A stretch of DNA of 64,000 nt from Felis catus (lineage: Eukaryota). Of the stretch, positions 40,660-53,345 are shown piece after piece (the stretch's first letter is position 1; each line of letters begins with the position of its first letter). The notes below the pieces were generated by a model. The model was not told where the DNA came from. It saw only the letters and a program-made list of their open reading frames with translations, and searched no databases. The stretch spans positions 9,550,001-9,614,000 of the forward strand of contig NC_058383.1 in the NCBI RefSeq assembly GCF_018350175.1, read 5' to 3'. A program made the position numbers and the translations under genes.

Positions 40660-41890
40660 GGAATCCCAAGCAGGCCCCATGCTTCAGTGCAGAGCCGAAT
40701 GTGGGGCCTGATCTCATGAATCTTGAGATCATGACTTGAGCTGAAATCAAGAGTCGGATGCTCAATTGACTGGGACACCCAGACGCCCCTTTAGATTTTA
40801 TTTTTAAATGTGAAAGACTTTTTTTGTTTTGAGAGAGAGAGAGAAAGAGAGCAGGGAAGGGGCAGAGAGGGGGGGACAGAGAATCTGGGGCTCTTGGCAC
40901 AGAGCCCAATGTGGGCTTGAACCCATGAACTGTGAGATCATGACCTGAGCCAAAGTCAGACACTCAACTGACTGAGCCACCCAGGCGCCCCCCTACATGA
41001 AAGATTTTTTAAGGCTAAAATGATTTTTAAAGTATTGTACAGTTATTTTTCTTATTTAAATTTTGGTGCAAGGGGGAATATGGAGAATCTTAACACCCCA
41101 CAATTGCAAATTTGTGAGTCTCTGAAAGAGTGGAGAATGGGTAAACTGGCTGGCACAGGTAGTCACACACACACACACACACACCCTTTATCCCTGTCAT
41201 CAATGTGACATACGCATTGAAAGCAGCACTATTTCTTAAAATTGGTTGATCCACCAAAAGTGAACTCAAATGGTGGGGTGCCTGGCTGGCTTAATTGGTA
41301 GAGCATGTGACTCTTGATCTCTGGGCCTAGGTTCAAGCATCATGTTGGGCCTAGAGCTTATTTAACACAGAAAAGAGAGGTGCCTGGGTGGCTCAGTCAG
41401 TTAAGTGTCCGACTTTGGCTCAGGTCATGATCTCACCGTTCGTGCGTTCAAGTCCCATGTCGGCTTCTGTGCTGACAGCTCAGAGCCTGGAGCCTGCTTC
41501 AGATTCTGTGTTTCCGCCCCTCTCTCCACCCCTCTCCTGCTCATACTCTGTGTCTCCCTCTCTCAAAAATAAAGAAATGTGAAAAAAAGAAAAAAAAAAG
41601 GGAACCCTAATGTAAACTGAGGACTCGGGGTGACAATGACGTGTCCATGTATACTCATCGATTGTAACAAACGTACCCCTCTGTTGGGGGATGTTGATAA
41701 CAGGGGATGTTATGCATGTGTGAGGACAGAGGGTACATGGGAAATCTCTGTCTCTTCTCAATTTTGCTGTGAACCTAAAACTGCTCTAAAAGAGAAAGCC
41801 TACTTAACAACAAAAGTCGATTGGTCCAGAATTCAGACTTTTTGCTGGGATGGTTTGACCTTTACCACGTTCTCATAGGTTATAAAGTCT

Positions 41891-42083
41891 GACGTTAATT
41901 GTGTTTTGCATGAGGGAGAGACATGTGTTTTGCATGTGGGAGAGACGTTAATTGTGTTAATTTGCATGTGTGTTAATTTGCATGTGTGTTAATTTGCATG
42001 CGTGTTAATTTGCATGTGTGCTAATTTGCATGTGTTAATTTGCATGTGGGAGAGACGTTAATTGTGTTTTGCATGTGGGAGAG
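41891..42083. repeat. Minisatellite with ~16-bp unit TGTGTTAATTTGCATG containing six perfect octamer motifs
   Basis: ATTTGCAT at 41960, 41976, 41992, 42008, 42024 and 42038, flanked by TTTTGCATGTGGGAGAG-type units. Confidence 0.95.
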
Positions 42084-42109
42084 AAGCAGCCAGTGAGTGG
42101 ACCAGGGTG

Positions 42110-42615
42110 GAGTGCTACTTTGGGAATAAACCATGTCTTTTGGTATTCACACCCTTGCATTTACACTTCCACGTTGATGCTGGCTTTAGCCACGTGACTG
42201 TCTTTGGCCAATGGGACATGAGCAGGTGTGATGCACGCAGATGCTTGATCAGTACATGCACATCGGGCTTTGTCCTCTTGTAATGCTCATGCTGGGCAAA
42301 GCCTATAAAACTGAATTATGTTGAGACCACAACGCAGTAACAGGTGCCATGGAACCTCATGGAGGAGAACGGAGGACTCCGGCTGAGTGAGCTCCCAGCC
42401 AACAGCTCTGAGAGAGGCCATCTTAGAAGTAGATCCCCTGGTCCTAGTTAAACGGGATCACTGATTTAAAAGCCCAGCTGATGCCATGAGGCACAGAGAT
42501 GAACTTTCCCACTAAGCCCTGCCCAAATTGCAGCACTGTGAGCAAATAAATAATTTTTGTCGTTTTTAAGTCACTGGGGTTTGGGTGATCTTGTTATATA
42601 TCGGTTGCTAACCAA
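42110..42615 (+). mobile_element. MLT1-type LTR
   Basis: ctttggccaatggg, agccctgcccaaattgcag...gagcaaataaat. Confidence 0.65.
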
Positions 42616-43978
42616 AACCACAACCCACGGACACGCATATACATTTCTGGGGACTCTGTTCTGTTCCTTTGATAGATATGATTATCCTTATTTTTTTAAT
42701 GTTTACTTATTTATTTTGAGAGACAGAGCATGAGCAGGGGAGGGGCAAAGAGAGAGGGTGAGAAAGAATCCCAAGCAGGCTCTGTGCTGACAGCCCACGC
42801 GGGGCTCAATCTCATGAACTGTGAGATCATGACCTGAGCCAAAATTGAATCAGACACTTAACCAACTGAAGCACCCGGGTGCCCCAGTATGATTATCTTT
42901 ATATCACTCTGCCTTGTTTACAGTAATTTTGTAGTAAACTTTGAAGTCAAGGAGTATAAATGTTTTTTTTTAATTTTTAATGTTTATTTTGTTTTTGAGA
43001 GAGAAAGGGACAGAGAGCAAGCGGGGGAGGGACAGAGAGAGAGGGAGACGCAGAATCTGAAGCAGGCTCCAGGTTCTGAGCTGTCAGCACAGAGACTGAC
43101 ATGGGCCTCGAACCCACGAACTGTGAGATCATGACCTGAGTTGAATTCGGGCACGTAACTGACTGAGCCACCCAGGCGGCCCATATAAATCCTTTTAATT
43201 TTGTTCTTTTTCAAGATTGTTTTGCTCTTCTAAGTCTCTTGCATTTCCGTATCAATTTTAGAATCAACTTGCTAGTTTCTCCAAAATTCTTCTGGATTTA
43301 TTGCTGGGATTGCACTGAATCCTTAGATCAATTTGGGAAGATTTAACTATTTAGAAATATTGAGTCTTTCACTGATTTAAGTTTTCTATGATTTCATTTA
43401 GCAACGTTTTATAGTTTTCACATTCAGCTCCTATGTATCTGTGACCAAATTTATTCCTAACGATTTTATTTTGACACTATTGGAGGGATTGAATTTTTAT
43501 TTTATTTTTTTAATGTTTTATTTATTTTTAAAAATTTATTTTGAGAGGGCGGAGGGACAGAGAGAGTGGGAGAACAGGAAACCCAAGCAGGCTCCACGCT
43601 CAGTGGAGAGCCCAACGCAGGGCTCAGTCTCAAGAAGAGTGAGATTATGACCTGAGCTGAATCAGAAGTTGGACACTTAAACAACTGAGCCACCCAGGTG
43701 CCCCAAGGAATTGAATTTTTTTCTTGTTAAATTTTTTTAAAAGTTTATTTATTTATTTTGAGAGAGAGAGAGAAAGAGAGAAGGAGGGGAGACAGGAAAG
43801 GAGAATCCTCAGCAGGCTCCGAACCACCAGTGCAGAGCCCGATGCAGGGCTTGAACTCACCAACTGTGAGATCATGACCTGAGCCGAAGTCAGAGGCTTG
43901 TCTGGCACCCAGCCGCCACCCCCTCCCCCATACTTTAAATCCCTGTGACTTATTTTATAACTGGAAGGTTGTATTTCT

Positions 43979-44215
43979 TTTTTTTTTTCTTTTCAATGTT
44001 TTTTTTTTTTTTTTTTTTTTTATTTTTTGGGGACAGAGAGAGACAGAGCATGAACGGGGGAGGGGCAGAGAGAGAGGGAGACACAGAATCGGAAACAGGC
44101 TCCAGGCTCCGAGCCATCAGCCCAGAGCTTGACGCGGGGCTCGAACTCACGGACCGCGAGATCGTGACCTGAGCCGAAGTCGGATGCTTAACCGACTGCG
44201 CCACCCAGGCGCCCC
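43979..44215 (-). mobile_element. Young feline-type Can-SINE
   Basis: Long poly(T) and TSD gaaggttgtatttctt on both sides. Confidence 0.92.
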
Positions 44216-47200
44216 TTGAAGGTTGTATTTCTTAATCTCCTTCACCTATTTCACCCATCCCCCATCCACCCTCCCCTCTGGCAAACACCTGTTTATTCTC
44301 TGTATTTATGAGTCTGTTTTTTTGTTTGTTCATTTGTTTCATTTTGTTTTTCAGACTCTAATATAAGTGAAATTATACAGTATTTGTCTTTTTCTGTCTG
44401 ACTTATTTCACTTAGCATAATACCCTCCAGGTCTGTCCATGTTGCAAATGGCAAAATTTCTTTCTTTTTTTTTTTTTTAATAGCTGGGTAATATTCCATT
44501 GTATATATATCACATCTTCTTTATCTGTTTATCTATTGATAGACACTTAGATTGCTTCCATATCTTGGCTATTATAGTAATGCTGAAATGAACATCAGAG
44601 GGCATATATCTTGTTGAATTAGTGTTTTTATTTTCTTTGGGCAAATACCCAGAAGTAGAATTGTTGAGTCATAAAGTATTTCTATCTTTAATTTTGGGGG
44701 GAAACTTCATACTATTTTTTCTAGTGGCTGCATCAATTTACATTCCCACCAACAGTGCACAAGGGTTCCCCTTTCTCCACATCCTCTCCAACATTTGTTA
44801 TTTCTTATATTTTTTATTCTAGCCATTCCGACTGGTGTGAGATGATATATCATTGTGGTTTGGATTTGCATTTTTCTGGTAGTGAAGTTGAACATCTTCT
44901 CAAGTGTTTGTTGGCCATCTGCATGACTTCTTTGGGAAAAATGTCTATTCTTTTAGTCCTCTGCTCATTTTTTAAATTAGGTTATTTGGGGGTGCCTCGG
45001 TGGCTCAGTCGGTTAAGTGTCCCTCTTTGGCTCAGGTCACAACCTCATGGTTTGTGAGTTTGAGCTCCACATCGGGCTCTCTGCTGTTAGCACGGAGCCT
45101 GCTTCGGATCCTCTGTCCCATTCTCTCTCTGCCCCTCCCCTGCTTGCTCGCACACGCTCTGTCTCTATGGGGTGATTACGCGGTCAGGTTTAATTCTTTT
45201 GCATGTAACTGTCCAGTTCCCCCCAACATCATTTATTGAAGAGACATGGAAAGGATTTTGACAATGAAATCAATCTACTTAAGAGTTATAAAGAGAATCA
45301 GATTTTCTGACACATCTTTGGCAAGTTTTATATTTCAAGAAATTTGTTCATTTCATCTAACTTGCTGAATTTTCTCATCAAAATTGCTTATAATATTCCC
45401 TTATTTTTGTATAGCAGCTTTATTGAGATTTATTTCCATAGCATAGAATTCATCCACTTGAAAGGCCTGATCCATTGGTTTTTAGCATATTCACAAGGTT
45501 GTGTAACCAACACTATGAACAATTTTATTTTATTATTTAAAAAAAATTTTTTTAATGTTCATTTATTTTTGAGAGAGAGGGAGACACAGAGTGTGAGCGG
45601 GGGAGGGGTAGAGAAAGAGGGAGACACAGAATCCGAAGCAGGCTCCAGGCTCTGCGCTGTCAGCACAGAGACCAATGAGGGGCTGGAACCCACCAACCAT
45701 GAAGTCATGACCTGAGCTGAAGTCAGACGCTTAACCGACTGAGCCACCCAGGCGCCCCCACTATGAACAACTTTAGAACACTCTCATTTCCCACTCCTCC
45801 AAAAATCCTGTATTCATTAGCTGTCACTCCTCTTTTCCCCTCTCTTCCTCTTCACCTGCCCCCAAACCTATGTAACCACTGATACACTCTCTGTCTCTAT
45901 AGATTTGTTCATTTATGACATTTCATTTAAATAAAATCACACAATATGTGATCTTTTGTGGCTTATTTAGCATATTTGCTAAAGATTCATCACGTAGCAT
46001 ATGTCAGTATTTCCTTTCTTTTTACTGCTCAATAACAGTCCATTGTATGGATATATTTCCTTTTTTTTATCCATTCATCAGTTGATGGATATTTGGGTTG
46101 TTTCTACCTTTTGGCCATTATGAACGATGTTTCTATGAACATTTACATAACAAACTTTTGCGTGGACATGTGTCTTAATTTCTCTTGGTTCTATGTCCTA
46201 GAGCAGAATTGTAAGGCCGTATGATTAACCTTTTGAGGACCTACCAGACTGTCTTCCAAAACAGCCACATCATTTTACGTTTTACCAGCACTGCATGGGA
46301 GTTCCAATTTTTCCACATCCTCACAATACGTATTATAACGAGTCTTTTTAGTGTCCTTTTAATTGTAGCCTTTATAGTGGGTATGAAGTAATATTGCTGT
46401 GATTTTGAATGCATTTCCCATTGATATTGAGCATCTTTTCACATGCCTAATGGTCATTTGAGCATCTTCTTTGGAGATTTGGAGAAATTCAGATTCTTTG
46501 CCTGTTAGAATTAGGTTGTCCTTTTATTATTGAGTTGTAAAAGTTCTTTACATATTTTGAGATACAAGTCCCTTATCAAATATGTAAATTGCAACTATTT
46601 TATCCTTTTCTGTGTCTTTTCCCTTTCTTGATGACATTCTTTGTTAAATGTTAATGTTAAATGTTAATGAGTTCAGTCTACCTGTTTTCTCTTTGGTCGT
46701 TTTTGCTTTTGGTGCCACATCTAAAAATCCATTGCTAAATCCAAGGTTAGGAAGATTTACTCCTAGGTTTCCTTCTCCAATTTTATGGTTTTAGCTTTTA
46801 CATTTAGGTCTCAGATCCATTTTGAGTTAATTTTTGCATATGGTGCGAGGTAGGGGTTTGATTTCTTTCTTTTGCATGTAAGTATCTGTTGAAAAGACTA
46901 TTCTTTCCCGTTGAATGGCCTTGGCACCCTTGTCAAAATCAATTGACTATAAATGTGAGGGTTTACTTCTGGACTCTCAGTTCTATTCTGTTGATCCGTA
47001 TGTCTCTCCTATGCCAGGACCACACTTCCTTGATTAGTTTGTAGTAAGTTGTGAAATTGGGAAGTGTTTGTCCTTCAACTTTGTTCTTCTTTTTCAAGAT
47101 TATTTTGGCTCTTCTGCGTCCTTTGAATGTCCATATAAATTTTAGAGTCAGCTCGTCAATTTCTGCAAAAAAGCCAGCTGGTATTCTGCTAGGGATTGCA

Positions 47201-48087
47201 TTGAATCTGTTGATCAAGTTGGGGAAGATTGCTGTCTTAACAATATTGAGTTTTTTAACCCGAACAGTATTGAGTTTTTTAACTCAACAATATTGAGTTT
47301 TCCCATTTTTTTAGGTCTTCTTTCTTCCAAAAATGTTTTATAGTTTTCAGTATATAATGCTTTCACCTACTTGATTAAATTTATTCTTGGCTATTTTATT
47401 TATTATTATTTTATTCTCTATTTTATTCTTTTTTGGTGCTACTGTAAATGGAATTGTTTTCTTAATTTATTTTCTGATTGTATATTCCTAGTATGTAGAA
47501 ATACAACTGTTTGTTTTTAATTTTTTTTAACGTTTATTCATGTTTTGAGAGACAGAGTGTGAGTGGGAGAGGAGCAGAGATGGAGACACAGAATCTGAAG
47601 CAGGTTCCAGGCTCTGAACGGACAGCGCAGATCCCGACTGGGGGCTCGAATTCACAAACCATGAGATCATGACCTGAGCTGAAGTCAGATGCTTAACCAA
47701 CTGAGCCACCCAGGCGCCCCTACAACTGTTTCCTGTTTTTTATTTTATTTTTAAAGTAGGCTCCACACCCAGCATGAAACCCAACATGGAGCTTGAATGC
47801 ACAACACTGAGATCAAGACCTCAAGACCTGAGCTGAGGGGTGCGTGGGTGGCTCAGATCATGATCTCATGGTTCATGAATTTGAGCCCCACATCGGGGGG
47901 AACCCCACTTCGGGTTCTCTGTCCCTCTCTCTGCCCCTCCCCTGCTCATGCACTCTCTCCCTCTCTCAAAAATAATAAAAACATTTAAAAAAAAAGACAT
48001 GAGCTGAGATCAGAGTTGGACACTTAACTGACTGAGCTACCCAGGTGCCCCTACAACTGTTGTGTTTTTTTAAGTCTATTTATTTTA

Positions 48088-48131
<44 letters not shown>

Positions 48132-48337
48132 CAGAGAGAGAACCCTAAGCAGGCTCTGCATTATCAGAGTGGAGCCTGATGCAGAAGCCAAACCCACAAA
48201 CTGTGAGATCATGACCTGAGCTGAAAGTCAGACGCTTAACCTACTGAGCCACCAGCCACCTCCCTACAACCGTTTTTTTATGTTGTTCTCTATCCTACAA
48301 CCTTGGTGAACTCATTTATTAGCCCTAGTGTATGTGG

Positions 48338-48341
48338 GTGC

Positions 48342-48383
<42 letters not shown>
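48338..48383. repeat. (CG)n(TG)n alternating purine-pyrimidine repeat
   Basis: gtgcgcgcgcgcgcgcgcgtgtgtg... Confidence 0.95.
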
Positions 48384-48388
<5 letters not shown>

Positions 48389-51300
48389 AGGATTTTCTAT
48401 AAATAATATCATGTATTCAGCAAATAGAGATAGTTTTATTTCTTCCTTTCCAATCTGGATGCCTTTTATTTCTTTTTCTTGCCTAACTATCCTGGCTAGA
48501 ACCTCCAGTAAAATGTTGAGTAAAAGTAATGCAAATTGACATCATTGTCTTGTTCCTGATCTTAGGGAGAAAGTGTTCAGTCTTTCACTATTAAGTGAAA
48601 AAAAATTTTTTAACGTTCATTTATTTTTGAGAGAGAGGGAGACACAGAGTGTGAGCAGGGGAGGGGTAGAGAAAGAGGGAGACACAGAATCCGAAGCAGG
48701 CTCCAGGCTCTGCTCTGTCAGCACAGAGACCAATGAGGGGCTGGAACCCACCAACCACGAGTTATTTGTGGGTTATTTGTAGATGCCCTTTATTGGGGTG
48801 AGGACTATATGCCTAGTGTTGAATTTTGTCAAATGCTTTTTATGCACCTACTGAGGTGATTATATGTTTTTTTCCCCTTTATTCTATTCTCTTCTATTCT
48901 ATTGATATTGATTGGCTTTTGTATATTAAACCAACCTTGGATTCTTGGGATAAATCCCACTTGGTCATGGTGTGTAATAACTGTTATATGCTGCTAGATT
49001 CAGTTTGCTAGTATTTGGCTGAGAGTTTTTGTGGCTATATTTATAAGAGATATTGGTATGTAGTTTTCATGTGATGTTTTTATCTGGCTTTGGCATCAGA
49101 GGAATGCTGATCTCATAGAATGACTTGGAAAACATTCCCTCCTCTTCTATTTTTTGGAAGAGTTTGTCTGTGAAGAGTCAGATGTTAGTTTTCTTTGAAT
49201 CTTTGGCAGAATTCACCAGAGAAGCCATCTGAGCCTGGACTTGTCTTTGGGTGTGGGTTTTTTAAAATTATTATTATGAATTCAATCTCTTTATTTATTA
49301 TATGTCTATTAAGAGTTTTGAGTTACTCTTGAGTCAATTTTGATAGTTTGTGCCCTACTAGGAATCTATTCCATCCTAGTTATCTGTTTTGTTGGTATAT
49401 ACAGTTATTTATAGTATTCCCTCATGATCCTTTGTATTTCTATAAGGATGGTAGTAGTGTCTCCTCTTTCATTCCCAATTTTACTGATCCTTTTTTTCCG
49501 GGCCAGTCTTGCTAAAAGTTGGTTAGTTTTGTTGATCTTTTCAAAGAACCAACTTTGGGTTTCATCAATTTTTTTTCTATTCTTTTTTGTTACGTATAGG
49601 CATGTACAGATATACATGCCCCTGGAAGTACTGCTGCATCCCATCGTGTATTGGGTCTTCATTTTTGTTAATCTCAGAATGTTTTCTAATGTTCCTTGTG
49701 ATTTCTTCTCTGATCTACTGGTTGTTTCTCTTATCTTGTTAATGTCTATAGAATCTGTAGTGACAATCCTCTTTTTTTTCTTTATCCATCTAGCTAGGAT
49801 CTTATCAATTTTGTTAATCTTTCAAGCAATCAACTTTTGGCTTTGTTAATTTGCTCTGTGTTGTTACTTATTTGATTGATTTTTGCTCTTATTTTTATTA
49901 TTTCCCTCTTTTTGCTTACTTTGGGTTGACCTTAGTGGGTTTTTTAAAATTTATTTTGTTTCATTTTAAGTAGGCTCCACACCCAATTGAACTCACAACC
50001 CTGAGATCAAGAGTCACATGTTCTACCAAGTGAGCCAGCCAGGTGCCCCTGATCTTGGTGTTCTTTATCTAGTTTCTTTTCTTTTTTTTTTTTATTTTTT
50101 TTTAACGTTTATTTATTTTTGAGACGGAGAGAGACACAGCATGAACGGGGGAGGGGCAGAGAGAGAGGGAAACATAGAATCGGAAGCAGGCTCCAGGCTC
50201 TGAGCCATCAGCCCAGAGCCGGACGCGGGGCTCGAACTCACGGACCGCGAGATCGTGACCTGAGCCGAAGTCGGACACTCAACCGACTGAGCCACCCAGG
50301 CGCCCCCTTTATCTAGTTTCTAAAGATGAAGACTTAAAAAATAAATAAAAATAAATAAAGATGAAGACTTGGGTCACTGATTTAGAGCTTTCTCTTTTCA
50401 TTCTCTTTCTTAATAATATAAGCATTAAGCACTGTAAGTCTCCAACTAGCACTGCTTTAACTGCATCGCATTTTTCATATGTTGCATTTTCATTATTATT
50501 TAATTAAAAAGATTTTATAATTTCCTTTGATCCATGGATTATTTAGGAATGTTTGGTTTAATTTTTTTAAAATGTTTATTTATTTTTGACAGAGAGAGGG
50601 AGACAGAGCATGAGTGGGGGAGGGACAGAGAGAGAGGGAGACACAGAATCTGAAGCAGGCTCCAGGCTCTGAGCTGTCAGCACAGAGCCTGATGCGGGGC
50701 TCGAACTCACAGACCGCGAGATCATGACCTGAGCCGAAGTCGGACGCTCAACGGACTGAGCCACTCAGGCGCCCCTGGTTTAATTTTTAAATATGTTTTC
50801 CTAGGTACATTATTGTTATGAGTTTTAACTTAATTCCATTGTAGTTAGAAAACACATTCTTTAACATTTCGATTCTTACAATGTGTTGAACCACTGGCCA
50901 AGCATATAGTGTATCTCAGTGGCCATATTATGTGTGTTTGGGGGGGAAAATGTGTATTCTGCCTTTATTGGATGTAGTGTTCTGTGTCAGTTAAGTCATG
51001 GTGCTTCACGTCTTCTATGTACATGCTGATTTTCATCTACTTGCCCTATCAATTCCTGAGAAGGCTGTGTTAGAATCTCAAACTATGATTGTGGACCCGT
51101 TTCTCTCTTTAATTATGGCAAAATTACCTTTATGTATTTTTAACTCATAATTATGTATACACACACAGTTGTACTGTCTTCCTGGTGAGTTACTGTGAAA
51201 TGTCTATCCTTCTGTTTACATAGTATATCTTTTCCCATCAATTTATTTTCATCCTATCTGTGTCTTTATATTTAAAATGCAATTTTTGGGGGCGCCTGGG

Positions 51301-51604
51301 TGGCTCAGTCGGTTGAGCATCCGACTTCGGCTCAGGTCATGATCTCAACAGTTCGTGAGTTCGAGCTCTGCGTCGGGCTCTGTGCTGCCAGCTCGGAGCC
51401 TGGAGCCTGCTTCAGATTCTGTGTCTCCCTCTCTCTCTGCTCCTCCTCCACTCATGCTCTGTCTCTCTCTCTCTCCTTCAAAAATAAACTTAAAAAACAT
51501 TAAAAATTAAAAAAATAATAAAGTGCAATTTTTGTAGACAGCAGGTAGTGGATCTTGCTGTTTTATCCAGTTGGACAATCTCTTTTAACTGGAGTGTCTA
51601 GTCC

Positions 51605-51746
51605 TGTGCAGAAAAGAGTTAACGTAGCATAGCTGAAACTTAGCCTTAGAAAGTCTTGCTTGCAAGTTTGGCCTTTTTTTTTTTTTTAAGTTTATTTATT
51701 TATTTATTTTGAGAGAGAGAGAGAGAGAGAGGATGAGCAGGGGAGG

Positions 51747-51782
<36 letters not shown>

Positions 51783-52600
51783 CACAAGCAGTCCCCATGC
51801 TGTCAACACAGTCTGACGCAGAGCTCAAACCCATGAATCGTGGGGTCATGACCTGCACCAAAACCAAGAGTCAGACATTTAGTCGACTGAGCCACCGAGG
51901 CATCCTGCAAATTTGGCTTTTGGTTGGCTTCTGGGAATTTGGCTCTTGGAATATTCCTAGTCAATAGTTAACTAATAAAAATGATTCACTGTACCCTGAG
52001 CATCTGTTTTCCTTTAGGAGTCTGAAATTTAAAAAAAAAATTTTTTTTAATGTTTATTTATTTTTGACAGAGAGAGAGAGACAGAGCATGAGCAGGGCGA
52101 GGGGCAGAGAGAGAGGGAGACACAGAATCCGAAGCAGGCTCCAGGCTGTCAGCACAGAGCCTGACGCAGCACAGAGCCTCTAACTCACAGACCGTGAGAT
52201 CATGACCGGAGGCGAAGTCGGAAGCTCAACCGACCGAGCCACCCAGGCGCCCCTAGGGAGTCTGAAATTTTGACAGAGGTCAGACAGAGGCCAGCCTGGC
52301 CAGCCCCTAATAAAAATCTTGAGTACTGAGTCTCTAATGGGTTTCTGTGTGCAGGAACACACATGTGTTGCTGCATTTTCATGGCTTATGGAAAAGTGTG
52401 CTCTATGTGATCTCTCATGGGAGGGAGCCAGAAGAAGGATGCCTGTATATGGATTCCTCCAGACTCCACCTGAGTCTTTTTTCCTTATAATCCCAGCTGT
52501 GCATCCTTAATACATCAGTGCAACCACACAACTGCATGCTGAGTCTTGAGTTCTTCTAGTAAATCTTGGAATGTAAAGCTGGTGTTGGAGGCCCAACACA
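51605..52600 (+). mobile_element. MER68-like ERVL LTR split by two SINEs
   Basis: tgtgcagaaaagagttaac...ccttagaaag...gcttgcaag start; ends ...ggcccaaca. Confidence 0.6.
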
Positions 52601-53239
52601 GGTCCATTTACATTTAATGTAATGATTTAGGGTTGAAGTCTACCATTTTATTTGGCTTGTGCTCATTCTACCCTTTGTTTTTGTTTTTGTTTTATGTTCC
52701 TCTATTCCTACTTTCCTATCTTCTTTGGGGTTCGTTGCATATTTATTTTAGAATTTCTTTTTCATTTATCTGTTGGCTTTTTTTTTGCAATATCTCTTTG
52801 CATGACCTTGATGGTTAAAGAATACAATATGCATCATTAACTTTTCACAGTCTACTTTTCACAGTCTAGAGCTAATATTGTACCATTTGACAGAAATTCT
52901 AAGAACTTTGCAACCACGTATTTCCATTTCTTCTCATCCTTCATGTAGTTATCATATGTCTTACACCCACATATGTAATAAACCCCACAATAAAATGTTT
53001 TTACTCTTGCTATAAACAGTCTATGTATTTTATATGAATTAAAAGAAAAAAGATTGCTTTTTGGTTTTGCCCACATATTTATCATTTCTGGTATTCTTCA
53101 TTCCTTTCTAAGGATCCAGGTCTATGGTCCAGCCAAATTAGCACTTACCAGTCTTCATACCTGAATGGGGAGCTCCCAACTCACACCCACTAACTCAGCT
53201 AAGTTCTTGACATCGCTTTCAGGTTGGCACACAGGGTGG

Positions 53240-53345
53240 GGACCACTCTACCCATCTTACAGGTAGGAAAACTGAGGCTTAGAGAGAGTCTGTACCTTGC
53301 CCACTGAGCTAGTAAGTTAGAGCTGGAATTCGAATCTAGGTCTAT
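53240..53345. mobile_element. MIR fragment (others at ~12310-12430, ~55850-56000, ~59100-59260)
   Basis: cccatcttacaggtaggaaaactgaggcttagagag core. Confidence 0.7.

Larger units (their letters stand above)
43200..53110 (-). mobile_element. Long composite of old L1 fragments heavily interrupted by SINEs and an LTR
   Basis: Minus-strand ORF2 remnants INRFNAIPSRIPAGFFAEIDELTLKFIW (46963-47217) and IDETQSWFFEKINK (49405-49662). Confidence 0.88.

Noticed and set aside
41891..42083. CRISPR-like or canonical Sox-Oct composite interpretation of the array
   Set aside because: No unique spacers and the DNA is mammalian; the ATTGT motif is not in the canonical Sox2-Oct4 orientation and spacing.
47240..47300. 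Small tandem duplications in L1 (also ~52841-52868)
   Set aside because: Ordinary slippage within decayed repeats.
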